A DNA stretch of 31,552 nt from Candidatus Egerieenecus merdigallinarum (GTDB lineage: Bacteria; Bacillota; Clostridia; Christensenellales; Aristaeellaceae): assembly GCA_018711985.1 (NCBI GenBank), contig DVHS01000082.1, forward strand, positions 1-31,552, given 5' to 3'. The notes beneath the pieces were generated by a model. It had not been told where the DNA came from. It ran no database searches and saw nothing but the letters and a program-made list of their open reading frames with translations. How positions within the stretch are numbered: the stretch's first letter is position 1; every line of letters starts with the position of its first letter. Below, one piece after another: positions 1 to 13,152 of this stretch. Both the position numbers and the translations under genes were made by a program.

Positions 1-23
1 GGCTTTGCCGGCTTCGCGGGTCG

Positions 24-45
24 TTGATTTTGCTTGCAAAATCAA
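24..45. other. Perfect AT-rich inverted repeat TTGATTTTGC-tt-GCAAAATCAA at the window edge
   Basis: Read directly from the sequence: a 10-bp arm, then tt, then its exact reverse complement. The context is cut off by the window start. It could be an operator or a hairpin. Confidence 0.3.
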
Positions 46-99
46 TTCCTTACAAATTCGGGCGACCTCTGGTTGACCGAATTTGCTTCCTCGAAAAAG

Positions 100-160
100 T
101 GGCATCTGCCACTTTTTCGACACGCTGAGGCCCGCACTCCCGAAGGAGCGCGGGCCAGGA
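100..160 (-). terminator. Two tandem hairpins downstream of the flavoprotein gene (- strand); one has A/T runs on both flanks
   Basis: At 131-160, GGCCCGC-actcccgaaggag-CGCGGGCC (the loop itself folds as ctcc-cgaa-ggag). At 103-129, AAAAAGTGGCA-tct-TGCCACTTTTT, a stem flanked by A and T runs that could act as a terminator in either direction. Both lie just past the stop at 179. Confidence 0.5.
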
Positions 161-178
161 ATGCTTGCGAAGGGAGGA

Positions 179-1963
179 TTACTTGCCAAGCTTCTCGGCA
201 ACAACCTCGGCAACGTGCTTGCCCCAGGTGAGGCAGTTGCCATGGCCCATGCCGCCGATGGAGTTCAGGCCGCCAACGTTGGCCATGCCCACAATCTCGC
301 CAGCAATGTAAGCGCCCTCAATGATGCTGCCGTCGGTGCGCACCACCTGGCAATCCACATTCATCATGGGGCCGCCGGAGGTGATCATCACGTAAGGCAT
401 GGTCTGCACCGCGTAGAAGGGGCCATTCTCCATGGGCACCAGCTGCTCGGTACGGCCGAAGGGATCATTGCCGGTGGCGCAGCCTTCGTTGTAGGCGGTG
501 ATGGTCGCCGTGAAGGCATCCACAGGCAGGCCGGCCTTCTCAGCCAGCTCCTCGATGGTGTCCGCCTGGAAGGCAAGGCCCTGCTCGATCAGCTGCGCCA
601 TGAAGGTATCAAAGTCCTCGGGAACACTGCCCCAAGCGCCGCCGGAGAACACGCCGGCTTCCGGATTCAGCATTTCCTTGCTGAACACGGTGTACACCAG
701 GTTTTGATCAGCATAGGACCAGGAGTCGCTCTTCACCTTGGAGTCCGCGCCGGTCTCGTTGGCCATACGGTTGCCGTTCACGTCCACCCACAGGCAGCCG
801 TTGGTCACATCGAAGTAGTTGAAGTCAAAGAAGTTGTCGGGGTTGGTGCGGATGCCGCCCGCGTAAGCGGTGCAGAAGTCCATGTTGGTGAAGGCCGCGC
901 CAAGCTCCTCCAGCCAGCGGTAACCGTCGCCGGTCACGAAGGAAGGAGAGGTGGACAGGATGTTGTCGAAGTTGTACTGCTTCAGCAGCTCTTCAGATCC
1001 GCCGTAGCCGCCGGTGCAGATGGCGGTGGCAGGCGCGTAATACTCCACCTCGGAGCCGTCCGCCGCCGTGGCCTTTACGCCCACAACCGCGCCGTTCTCA
1101 TCGGTGAGCAGCCCTTCCACACGGGTGTTCAGGGCGATGTACGCATTCTTGCCAATGTAGTTGTCCAGCTCGTTGCTCAGGGCGGTGATGAACGCGGAAG
1201 CGCCACCGTTGCCGCTGTAGTTACGGGCCACGTTCAGGGGCTGATACACGCCGAAGTAGGGCTCACGGTCGCCGAAGTCGGCGCCCAGATCGTCCAGCCA
1301 GTCCACGGCTTCGCCGCTGATCTCGGAGAACTCACGGGCGATTTCCTCGTTGAAGGTGCCCGCGCCGCCCAGACGGACAAAGTCCGCGAAGCACAGCTCG
1401 GGGCTATCCTCAATGCCGGCCTCTTCCTGCATCTTGGTGCCGCAGCCCAGCAGGGTGCCGCCGGCCACCATGGCAGAGCCGCCCACGCTGCCGGTCTGCT
1501 CCAGCACCAGGACGTTCAGCCCCAGCTCCGCAGCACGGGCAGCGGTGGTCATGCCGGCCATGCCGGCGCCGATCACGATGATGTCGGTCTGCTCAAAGGG
1601 GATCTCCGCGGGCTCTTCCGCGGTGTCGCCTTCGCCGGTAATGGCGTTCTTCACAGCCTCCATAATACCGTTGGAGGTGAGGGTAGCGCCAGCCACGGCG
1701 TCAACTTCCCAGCTCTGGGCATCCACGATAGCCTGGGGAATGGTCTCCAGGGCAGGATCGCTGATGCCAGCGGTCTCGGACTGGGAGGTGACTTCCACCG
1801 CGGTGATCTTGCCACCCTCTACGGTAACGGACACCTCGATATTTCCCATCATGCCCTTGCCGCTTCCGGTGTAGGTGCCATCCGTGAAGCTCTCAGCCAT
1901 GGCCATGGGGGAAAGGGACAGCGCCATAACCAGCGCCATCATAAGGGAAAGAATCTTGCGCAT
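179..1963 (-). CDS. Exported flavoprotein reductase: N-terminal FMN-binding domain plus FAD-dependent fumarate-reductase/flavocytochrome-c-like catalytic domain
   Basis: The ORF is 179..1996 and I set the start at the ATG at 1963, which is preceded by AGGAGG with an 8-nt spacer. It begins with a signal peptide (MRKILSLMMALVMALSLSPMAMA). The FMN_bind domain carries the flavinylation-type motif DAVAGATLTS. The Rossmann FAD motif is IIVIGAGMAGMTTAARAAELG. The C-terminal GGLNSIGGMGHGNCL region is typical of FAD-dependent fumarate/urocanate reductases. Confidence 0.85.
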   Translation of the reverse strand: MRKILSLMMALVMALSLSPMAMAESFTDGTYTGSGKGMMGNIEVSVTVEGGKITAVEVTSQSETAGISDPALETIPQAIVDAQSWEVDAVAGATLTSNGIMEAVKNAITGEGDTAEEPAEIPFEQTDIIVIGAGMAGMTTAARAAELGLNVLVLEQTGSVGGSAMVAGGTLLGCGTKMQEEAGIEDSPELCFADFVRLGGAGTFNEEIAREFSEISGEAVDWLDDLGADFGDREPYFGVYQPLNVARNYSGNGGASAFITALSNELDNYIGKNAYIALNTRVEGLLTDENGAVVGVKATAADGSEVEYYAPATAICTGGYGGSEELLKQYNFDNILSTSPSFVTGDGYRWLEELGAAFTNMDFCTAYAGGIRTNPDNFFDFNYFDVTNGCLWVDVNGNRMANETGADSKVKSDSWSYADQNLVYTVFSKEMLNPEAGVFSGGAWGSVPEDFDTFMAQLIEQGLAFQADTIEELAEKAGLPVDAFTATITAYNEGCATGNDPFGRTEQLVPMENGPFYAVQTMPYVMITSGGPMMNVDCQVVRTDGSIIEGAYIAGEIVGMANVGGLNSIGGMGHGNCLTWGKHVAEVVAEKLGK

Positions 1964-2004
1964 GATTTTGCCTCCTTTTTGTCGTTCCACACGCACAAGT
2001 TTAT

Positions 2005-2032
2005 TTTATAACAAACAATCTTTTTTTGTCAA
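2005..2032 (-). promoter_or_regulatory. Sigma-A-like promoter for the flavoprotein gene
   Basis: On the - strand: TTGACA (2027-2032), a 16-nt spacer, then TATAAA (2005-2010). This sits about 40 nt upstream of the ATG at 1963 in an AT-rich island. Confidence 0.5.
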
Positions 2033-2125
2033 TGGAGTTTTATCATTTTAATTGTGTTGTAGCGGGAGATTCTGCATATTTTTACCATATTTAAAAAGTG
2101 GGAAAAAACCGGCCTTCTATGGTTC

Positions 2126-2174
2126 GATAAAAAAATACGTCCTCCCCTTTTCCACAAGGAAAAGGGGAAGGACG
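2126..2174 (-). terminator. Rho-independent terminator downstream of pyrG
   Basis: CGTCCTCCCCTTTTCC-acaa-GGAAAAGGGGAAGGACG folds as a hairpin. On the - strand it is followed by TATTTTTTTAT. It lies 24 nt past the pyrG stop. Confidence 0.7.
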
Positions 2175-2197
2175 CATAGAAGAGCGGGGTTCCGTTA

Positions 2198-3807
<1,610 letters not shown>

Positions 3808-3886
3808 GCCGTAAAACCCCTTTCGTGCTTCCAGCCTCCATGCGGCTCCCGCCGCAACCTTCCGGCCATCAAAAAACAGGACGCTT

Positions 3887-3915
3887 CAGTATAGGCGCAT
3901 CGGGGCGGTTCGTCA
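3887..3915 (-). promoter_or_regulatory. Promoter for pyrG
   Basis: On the - strand: TTGACG, a 17-nt spacer, then TATACT. It lies about 80 nt upstream of the pyrG ATG and diverges from the rimP promoter. Confidence 0.55.
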
Positions 3916-4009
3916 AGGTGCATTCCAGAAAAAATACAATGCTTTTCTCACACAGGGGACCATAGGTCGCCTCCGGGCAGAAATCTTTTCCGTTCCCCCG
4001 GGGCAAACC

Positions 4010-4038
4010 CTTGTATTTCGGGAAAAGCTGTGGTATAC
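4010..4038 (+). promoter_or_regulatory. Promoter of the rimP-nusA-infB operon
   Basis: A -35 hexamer CTTGTA/TTGTAT sits about 17 nt upstream of an extended -10 TGGTATACT at 4030-4038. Confidence 0.5.
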
Positions 4039-4328
4039 TGCCAACGTATGATTTTCCCGCGGGAGGGCCCGTCAGCGGACGGGTGCGCTTCCGCGCACAG
4101 GCGCAGCGCAATCCGGTGGAAACCGGTTGAGCCTTATGAAAGAAGGGTTCACCGTAGAAGAGTGGCATTTGCTCCAGGCTGCCCAGACGCGGCATGCGGC
4201 GGGGACGCGCTCAGCGCCTTCCCCCTAAGCGCTGCGTTTTGGCCGCAGAAGGGGCAAGTGGGGACCACTCTTTTATGTTGTTCTGACGCCGTATACCGGC
4301 TACTTTTTGCAAGAAACGGAGATGCAGC
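4039..4328 (+). promoter_or_regulatory. Long structured 5' leader (about 290 nt) of the rimP-nusA operon with candidate attenuator hairpins
   Basis: There is no credible ORF here. Several GC hairpins are present. CAGCGC-cttccccctaa-GCGCTG is followed by CGTTTTGG (4211-4241). AGTGG-gga-CCACT is followed by CTTTTATGTTGTTCT (4256-4282). Confidence 0.35.
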
Positions 4329-4811
4329 ATGCCCAAAGCGGAATTGACCACCTTCGTCACCCCCAAGTGTCAGGCCCTGGCCCAGCGCATGGGTCTGGAG
4401 CTGGTGGATGTATGCCTGGACAAGGAGAGCGCGGGCAAGTATCTGCGCATCTACCTGGATAAGCCCGAAGGGCTGAGCCTGGACGACTGCGAGAGCTATC
4501 ACCGCGCCATCCAGCCCCAGCTGGAGCAGTACGACTATGACTTTCTGGAGGTTTCCAGCCCCGGGGTGGACCGCCCGCTGAAAACGCCCCGGGATTATGA
4601 GCGGCACCTGGGCGACGAGGTGGAGGTCAAGCTGTTCAAGGCCGTGAACGGCCAGAAGGTTTATACGGGCATCCTGGCCGGGCTGGACGAGGAAAAGCAG
4701 ATTCTGCTGGATACCCCGGCGGGGCGGCTCACCTTTGCGCAAAAAGCGGCCGCCACGGTGCGGCCGGTGGTGGACATGAGCGGCATTGAAAACGTGGACT
4801 TGTCCGAATAA
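4329..4811 (+). CDS. rimP: Ribosome maturation factor RimP
   Basis: A 160-aa protein with the typical RimP fold signature (LELVDVCLDKESAGKYLRIYLDKPEGLSLDDCESYHRAI...). GGAG lies 7 nt upstream of the ATG. It is the first gene of the conserved rimP-nusA-infB cluster. Confidence 0.9.
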   Translation: MPKAELTTFVTPKCQALAQRMGLELVDVCLDKESAGKYLRIYLDKPEGLSLDDCESYHRAIQPQLEQYDYDFLEVSSPGVDRPLKTPRDYERHLGDEVEVKLFKAVNGQKVYTGILAGLDEEKQILLDTPAGRLTFAQKAAATVRPVVDMSGIENVDLSE

Positions 4812-4851
4812 GTCCTGCATAATGTAAAAATCGGAAGGCGGTAAAGATAGC

Positions 4852-6066
4852 ATGCGAGCAGTAAAAACCGAGAAAAAGAACGACAAGTCCGAAATCGTCG
4901 AGGCATTGAAAGCCCTGGCCAAGGAAAAGGGCATCAGCGAGGAACTGCTGTTCAACGCCATTGAGGAGGCGCTGAAGGCCGCGTATAAAAAGAACCTGAC
5001 CAAGGGGGAAGTGGTGCCCGCCAACCTGTCGGTGACCATGAACCGGGAGACGGGAATCGCACACGTCTACGCCCGCAAGCTCATCGTGCCCGAGGTGGAG
5101 GAGCCCGCCAGCCAGATTAGCCTGGAGGATGCGCACCGGCTGCGCCCCGATTACCAGATGGGCGACATCGCCGAGGTGGACGTGACGCCCACGGGCTTCT
5201 TGCGGGTAGCCGCGCAGACGGCCAAGCAGGTGATTATGCAGCGCATCCGCGAGGCGGAGCGCGGCAAGATCTACGACGAGTACATCGAGAAGGAAAGCGA
5301 GATCCTCACGGCCATCGTCCAGCGGGTGGAACCCAAGGCGGTGTATGTGGAGCTGGGCCGCACCGAGGGCGTGCTGGAGCAGCAGGACATGATTCCCGGC
5401 GAGGTGCTCCACGACGGCGACCACATCAAGGTCTATGTGCTGGAGGTGCACCGTTCCGGCCCGGTGGGGCCCCGGGGACCGCAGGTGCGGGTCAGCCGCA
5501 TCCACCCCAACCTGGTCAAGCGGCTGTTTGAAATGGAAGTGCCGGAGATTGCCGGGGGCGTGGTGACCATCAAGTCCATCGCCCGGGAAGCGGGCAGCCG
5601 CACCAAGATGGCCGTCCATTCCTCCGACATGATGATTGATCCCGTGGGCGCCTGCGTGGGCCAGCGGGGCAGCCGCGTGGACCGAGTGGTGGAGGAGCTC
5701 AAGGGCGAGAAGATCGACATCATCAAGTGGAGCGCCGATCCCGCCGAGTTTGTGGCCAACGCCCTGAACCCCGCCCATGTGCTCAGCGTCTTTGTGGCCG
5801 AGGGCGAGAAGGCCTGCCGGGTGGTGGTGCCGGACAATCAGCTCTCCCTGGCCATTGGCAAGGAGGGGCAGAACGCCCGCCTGGCCGCCAAGCTCACCGG
5901 CTGGAAGATTGACATCAAGAGCCAGAGCCAGGCCGCGGCCCTGACGGACATGGTGGACGAGGAAGCGCCGGAGGAAGCCCAGCCGGAGCTGCCGCCCGTG
6001 ATCAGCCCGTTTGACGGCCTGGAAGGCGTTGAGCTGTCCGGCGCGGATGAGGACGACACGCTGTAA
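4852..6066 (+). CDS. nusA: Transcription termination/antitermination factor NusA
   Basis: A 404-aa protein. The N-terminal domain reads [20 protein letters not shown]. An S1 domain and two KH domains follow ([38 protein letters not shown]). It ends in an acidic C-terminal tail. Confidence 0.95.
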   Translation: MRAVKTEKKNDKSEIVEALKALAKEKGISEELLFNAIEEALKAAYKKNLTKGEVVPANLSVTMNRETGIAHVYARKLIVPEVEEPASQISLEDAHRLRPDYQMGDIAEVDVTPTGFLRVAAQTAKQVIMQRIREAERGKIYDEYIEKESEILTAIVQRVEPKAVYVELGRTEGVLEQQDMIPGEVLHDGDHIKVYVLEVHRSGPVGPRGPQVRVSRIHPNLVKRLFEMEVPEIAGGVVTIKSIAREAGSRTKMAVHSSDMMIDPVGACVGQRGSRVDRVVEELKGEKIDIIKWSADPAEFVANALNPAHVLSVFVAEGEKACRVVVPDNQLSLAIGKEGQNARLAAKLTGWKIDIKSQSQAAALTDMVDEEAPEEAQPELPPVISPFDGLEGVELSGADEDDTL

Positions 6067-6092
6067 AGCATCGCGGAGGGATTGGAAAAAGG

Positions 6093-6383
6093 ATGAAGCC
6101 CAAGAAGATTCCCATGCGCATGTGCGTGGGTTGCCGTGAAATGAAGCCCAAGCGGGAACTGATCCGCGTGGTGCGCTCCCCGGAGGGGGAGGTTTCCATG
6201 GATGCCACGGGCAAAAAGCCCGGCCGGGGCGCCTACCTGTGCCGGGACGCCGCCTGCCTGGCACGGGCGCTGAAGCAAAAGCAGCTGGAGCGCCAGCTGG
6301 AGGTGCAGCTCACCCCCGAGGTGGTGGAGCAGCTGCAACAGACATTGGCCAACCTCCCGGCGCCCGAGACGGAGGACGCATGA
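6093..6383 (+). CDS. ylxR: YlxR/RnpM family (DUF448) RNA-binding protein
   Basis: The 96-aa sequence MKPKKIPMRMCVGCREMKPKRELIRVV...GRGAYLC is the canonical YlxR signature. It sits in the conserved position after nusA. Confidence 0.85.
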   Translation: MKPKKIPMRMCVGCREMKPKRELIRVVRSPEGEVSMDATGKKPGRGAYLCRDAACLARALKQKQLERQLEVQLTPEVVEQLQQTLANLPAPETEDA

Positions 6384-6741
6384 GGGAAGAGGACAAAGCG
6401 CGGGGCCTGCTGGGCCTATGCGCCCGGGCCGGACAAATCGCCTTTGGCGAGGATGGGTGCCTGGGCGCCATCCGCACAGGAAAGTGCGGGCTGCTCATCC
6501 TGGACCAGGGCGCGTCCGCCAACGCGCGCAAGCGCTACACGGATGCCTGCCGGTACTACCGGGTGCCGCTGGCCACGGCCGCGGCGGGGCTGGTGGAACA
6601 GTCCACCGGCAAGCGGGGGCGCATGGCCGCCGCCATTGCCAGGGGCGGCTTCGCGGATCAACTGCGTGCCACGCTCGGGGCGCAAATTCCCGGGCAAACG
6701 ATAGAAGAAACGGCAAATAATTGCGGGGGTGCAAGCGTCGA

Positions 6742-6745
<4 letters not shown>
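6380..6745 (+). CDS. ylxQ: L7Ae/L30e-family ribosomal-protein-like protein (YlxQ)
   Basis: The ATG at 6380 overlaps the ylxR stop (ATGA). GGAGGA lies just upstream. [37 protein letters not shown] matches the L7Ae family. It is in frame with the ORF at 6239..6745. Confidence 0.75.
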
Positions 6746-9672
<2,927 letters not shown>

Positions 9673-9789
9673 CGCCGGCCCCCATCGAATCCATATTCCC
9701 GGCGCGGCTCCGGCTGCCCGGGCATACCGGGAGGAACGGGGAGGAGGCTTGGGCCGCCTCCCCGGTTTCTTCCCCGGAAAGGAGCATCC

Positions 9790-10170
9790 ATGAGTTATCA
9801 GAGAATCGACCGCATCTCCGAGGAGGTTCGCCGGGAGGTGGACGCCATCATCCGGGAGGAAGTGAACGACCCGCGGGTATCGGGAACCTTTTCCGTGACC
9901 CGCGCGGAGGTTACGCGGGATCTTCGCTATGCGAAAATTTACATCAGCGTCCTGGAGGAGGACAAGCGGGAACCTATGATGAAGGCGCTCAAGAGCGCCG
10001 CGGGGTTTATCCGCCGGGAGCTGGGCAAGCGGATGCTGATCCGTTACAGCCCGGAGATGAGCTTTGTATCCGATGGCAACATTGCCTACGGCGTGCACAT
10101 TGCGGAAGTTCTGCGCAAGGCGCAGGAAGCGGAGGAGCGGACAAGCCATGGAGACGAAAGCGACCAATGA
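9790..10170 (+). CDS. rbfA: Ribosome-binding factor A
   Basis: AAAGGAG lies 6 nt upstream of the ATG. The 126-aa protein (RISEEVRREVDAIIREEVNDPRV...AKIYISV) is the RbfA signature. Confidence 0.9.
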   Translation: MSYQRIDRISEEVRREVDAIIREEVNDPRVSGTFSVTRAEVTRDLRYAKIYISVLEEDKREPMMKALKSAAGFIRRELGKRMLIRYSPEMSFVSDGNIAYGVHIAEVLRKAQEAEERTSHGDESDQ

Positions 10171-11155
10171 TCGGGAAGGCCTGCTGGAGGACATCCGCCA
10201 GGCCCGGAAGATCGTGCTCTGCGCCCATGTGAGTCCCGACGGGGATACCCTGGGCAGCAGCCTGGCCATGCGTCTGGCGCTGGAAAAAATGGGCAAACAG
10301 GTGTGGGTCATCTGCCAGGACGCGGTGCCGGGATACCTTTCCTTCCTCCCCGGCGCGGAGAAAGTGCAGCGGCCGGAAGCCCTGGGGCCCGTGCATCCCG
10401 AACTGGTGCTGTGCGTGGATGTGTCCGATCAGCGCCGCCTGGGCAGCTGCATCCGCGTGTTTGAGGCGGCGCAGCATACCGCCCAGGTGGACCATCACGG
10501 CACCAATCCCTACTATGCCCAGCGGAACCTGGTCTCCCCTTCATCCAGCGCCACGGGCCTGGTGGTATGGGAGCTGATCAAGCAGCTGGGGGTTACCATT
10601 GATACGGATATTGCCCGGTGCCTGTACACCGCTGTGAGCACGGACACGGGCAACTTCAGCTTCAACAACACCACCGCCGAGGCGTTCCTGATGATGGGCG
10701 AGCTGATGCTGCTGCCCCTGCCCCTGGCGGAGATGAACCGGATGCTCTTTCGCGTGCGCAGCAAGCCGCAGCTGCTGCTGCTCAGCCGGGCGCTGGACAG
10801 TCTGCGCTTTTGCGCCGGGGACCGCATCGCCTATATGTCCCTGAGCTGGAAGGATTTCCAGGACTGCGGCGCTCTGCCCGAACACGCGGAGGCCATTGTG
10901 AATTTTGCCCTGGACGTGCACGGCGTGCGGCTGGCATTCCTGGCCCGGGAAACGGACATGGGGGATGTGAAGCTGAGCATGCGCGCCCTGTCCCCCTGCC
11001 GGGTGGATGGCATTGCGGCGGACCTGGGCGGCGGCGGTCACGCCATGGCCGCGGGCTGCACCCTGGAAATGCCTCTGGAGCAGGCTGTGGAGCTGGTGCG
11101 CGGCCGCATGGAACAGGCGCTGGCGGAAGTTATGGAGCAAGGAGCGACCCTGTGA
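10148..11155 (+). CDS. nrnA: DHH/DHHA1 phosphoesterase (NrnA-type oligoribonuclease/pAp phosphatase)
   Basis: I take METKATNDREGLL as the start. GGAGGAG lies upstream and the gene overlaps the rbfA 3' end by 23 nt. The motifs are DHH (HVSPDGDTLGS, DHHG) and DHHA1 (GGGGHAMAAG). Confidence 0.8.
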   Translation: METKATNDREGLLEDIRQARKIVLCAHVSPDGDTLGSSLAMRLALEKMGKQVWVICQDAVPGYLSFLPGAEKVQRPEALGPVHPELVLCVDVSDQRRLGSCIRVFEAAQHTAQVDHHGTNPYYAQRNLVSPSSSATGLVVWELIKQLGVTIDTDIARCLYTAVSTDTGNFSFNNTTAEAFLMMGELMLLPLPLAEMNRMLFRVRSKPQLLLLSRALDSLRFCAGDRIAYMSLSWKDFQDCGALPEHAEAIVNFALDVHGVRLAFLARETDMGDVKLSMRALSPCRVDGIAADLGGGGHAMAAGCTLEMPLEQAVELVRGRMEQALAEVMEQGATL

Positions 11156-12048
11156 ACGGATTTATCAATATACTCAAGCCCCCGGGCATGACCTCCGCCG
11201 CGGTGGTGGCCACCCTGCGCCGCCTGTGCGCCGGGGAAAAGGCCGGCCACGCGGGCACCCTGGACCCGGAGGCCGCCGGCGTGCTGCCCGTGATGATGGG
11301 CAGGGCCGCGCGGCTTTTTGATTACCTGGTGGACAAGCAGAAGGAATACGTGGCGGAGGTGGCCTTCGGCACGGCCACGGATACCCAGGACGCCACGGGC
11401 CGCGTGATTGCCCGGGGTGAGAACTATCCCACCCGGGCGCAGATTGAGGCCGCGCTGCCTGCCCTGACCGGGGAGATCCGCCAGCGGCCCAGCATGTACA
11501 GCGCTATCAAGCGCGAGGGCACGCCCCTGTATGCCTTGGCCCGGCGGGGGGAGGAAGTGGAGGTCCCCGAGCGGGTGGTGCGGGTGGACGCCCTGCGGCT
11601 GATGGACGAGACGGACCGCCATGGCTGGATGCTGCACATCCGCTGCGGCCGGGGTACCTACGTGCGGTCCATTTGCCATGATTTGGGTACGCTGGTGGGC
11701 TGCCCGGCGCATATGCGGTTTTTGCTGCGGAGCCAGAGCGGCTTTTTCACCCTGGACAGCGCCATGACCCTGGAGGAAGCCCAGGCGGCCGCCGACGCGG
11801 GGATACTGGCGCAGCGCATGATTCCCCTGGACGCGCCCCTGGGGCACATGAACCGGGCGCAGGTCCCCGCGCGGCTGGAGAAGCTGGCGCGCAACGGGGG
11901 CAAGCTCCCGGCCAGGGCGTTACGCTTTGACGCGCCGCCCGCCCCCGGCGAGGCGGTGCGGATCTACTTATCGGAGGCATTCTGGGGGATTGCCTGCCTG
12001 CGGGAGGACCAGCTGGTCTGGCGGGCGCAGATCCCCCCGGAAACATAA
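11152..12048 (+). CDS. truB: tRNA pseudouridine(55) synthase TruB
   Basis: The GTG start overlaps the nrnA stop (GTGA) and AAGGAG lies 7 nt upstream. ILKPPGMTSAAVV and GHAGTLDPEAAGVLPV are the TruB catalytic-Asp motifs. Confidence 0.9.
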   Translation: MNGFINILKPPGMTSAAVVATLRRLCAGEKAGHAGTLDPEAAGVLPVMMGRAARLFDYLVDKQKEYVAEVAFGTATDTQDATGRVIARGENYPTRAQIEAALPALTGEIRQRPSMYSAIKREGTPLYALARRGEEVEVPERVVRVDALRLMDETDRHGWMLHIRCGRGTYVRSICHDLGTLVGCPAHMRFLLRSQSGFFTLDSAMTLEEAQAAADAGILAQRMIPLDAPLGHMNRAQVPARLEKLARNGGKLPARALRFDAPPAPGEAVRIYLSEAFWGIACLREDQLVWRAQIPPET

Positions 12049-12062
12049 GGAGGAACAAACAG

Positions 12063-12986
12063 TTGCGGATTCTGCGCAATCCTGCCCGGACGTCGCCCTG
12101 CGTGCTGGTGCTCGGCATGTTTGACGGGGTGCACCGGGGACATCAACAATTACTGATGACCGGGAACGCCCTGGCCGAGGCGGAAGGCATTCCCCTGCGG
12201 GTATGCACTTTCTCCCCCCATCCCCTGGCGGTGCTCTGTCCGGACAAGGCGCCAAAGATGCTGACCACCCTGCCCGAGCGCGCGCGGTTTATGCTGGGCT
12301 ATGGGGTGGATTCCCTGTGCGTGTTTTCCTTTACCCGGGCCATGGCGGACGAGGCCCCGGAGGACTTTGTCCGGCGGATGGTGCGCACCTTCCAGCCCCG
12401 GCATGTGGTGGTGGGCTTTAACAACACCTTTGGCCAGGGCGGGCGCGGGGACGGCGCGCTGCTGACCGCCATGGGGCGGGAGCTGGGCTTTTCGACCCAC
12501 ATCGTTCCGGCGGTGGAGCTGGACGGCGCGCCGGTGAGCTCCACCCGCATCCGCGGTCTGCTGGCCCAAGGGGACATCCATGGGGCGACCCGGCTGCTGG
12601 GCCATGCGTATACCCTTTCGGGGCGTGTGATGGATGGCAAGCACATCGGGCGGACCATGGGCTATCCCACCGCCAATGTGGATGTGCCGCAGCGCAAGGT
12701 GCTGCCGGCTTTCGGGGTTTATGCCTGCTACCTGACGGTGGAGGGGCATGCCCATCCCTCCGTGGTGAATGTGGGCCGCCATCCCACCCTGCCCGAGGGG
12801 GCGGTAACCGTGGAGGCCCATGTGCTGGACGCCTGCCTGATGCTCTATGGGAAAAAGGTGCGTCTGGACTTTTTGAACTTCCAGCGCTCGGAGCGCAAGT
12901 TTGACGGCGTGGACGCCCTGAAGGCGCAGATCCAGGCGGATTCCGCCCAGGCGCGGGCGTTCTTCCGCCAGTGGGAACATCAATGA
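12063..12986 (+). CDS. ribF: Bifunctional riboflavin kinase/FMN adenylyltransferase
   Basis: The start is a TTG with AAGGAGG 9 nt upstream. GMFDGVHRGHQ is the nucleotidyltransferase motif. The C-terminal riboflavin kinase domain reads GRTMGYPTANV...PSVVNVG. Confidence 0.9.
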   Translation: MRILRNPARTSPCVLVLGMFDGVHRGHQQLLMTGNALAEAEGIPLRVCTFSPHPLAVLCPDKAPKMLTTLPERARFMLGYGVDSLCVFSFTRAMADEAPEDFVRRMVRTFQPRHVVVGFNNTFGQGGRGDGALLTAMGRELGFSTHIVPAVELDGAPVSSTRIRGLLAQGDIHGATRLLGHAYTLSGRVMDGKHIGRTMGYPTANVDVPQRKVLPAFGVYACYLTVEGHAHPSVVNVGRHPTLPEGAVTVEAHVLDACLMLYGKKVRLDFLNFQRSERKFDGVDALKAQIQADSAQARAFFRQWEHQ

Positions 12987-13006
12987 GGCGGCAAACGCCG
13001 CACCGG

Positions 13007-13049
13007 CAAGAGCTCCGCGGGAAACCATCGCGGGGCTCTTGCATTGTCC
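13007..13049 (+). terminator. Candidate terminator after ribF (13-bp stem, weak U-tract)
   Basis: CAAGAGCTCCGCG-ggaaaccat-CGCGGGGCTCTTG has one mismatch in the stem. It is followed by CATTGTCC, so the U-tract is poor. Confidence 0.4.
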
Positions 13050-13086
13050 TGGAGGTACCCCATGGGACAGATTTTCGCCCTGCCAC

Positions 13087-13115
13087 TTGTCAGAATGACA
13101 AAAAGCGTTTACAAT
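13087..13115 (+). promoter_or_regulatory. Strong consensus-like promoter for frr, overlapped by a 6-bp inverted repeat
   Basis: TTGTCA, a 17-nt spacer, then TACAAT. The -35 is part of the palindrome TTGTCA-gaa-TGACAA. Confidence 0.55.
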
Positions 13116-13152
13116 AGTAGGCAAGAAATCCTGCGCAATGGAGGAAGACACG

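Noticed and set aside
83-2011. 642-aa ORF on the + strand
   Set aside because: It is antisense to the well-supported flavoprotein gene. Its composition is G/A/V/H-rich low-complexity sequence, typical of shadow ORFs in high-GC DNA, and it has no recognisable domain.
3808-3886. pyrG leader with Bacillus-like reiterative-transcription attenuator (GGGC start plus terminator)
   Set aside because: The transcript start region does not begin with a G-run followed by C. No terminator hairpin with a U-tract lies between the promoter and the ATG.
4030-4347. 105-aa + ORF inside the rimP leader
   Set aside because: It has no RBS and its composition is Arg/Ala/Cys-rich and implausible. It overlaps the rimP start in another frame.
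4729-6264. 511-aa and related ORFs on the - strand (also 13997..15529 and 10541..11140)
   Set aside because: They are antisense shadows of nusA, uppS/cdsA and nrnA with no RBS or domain support.
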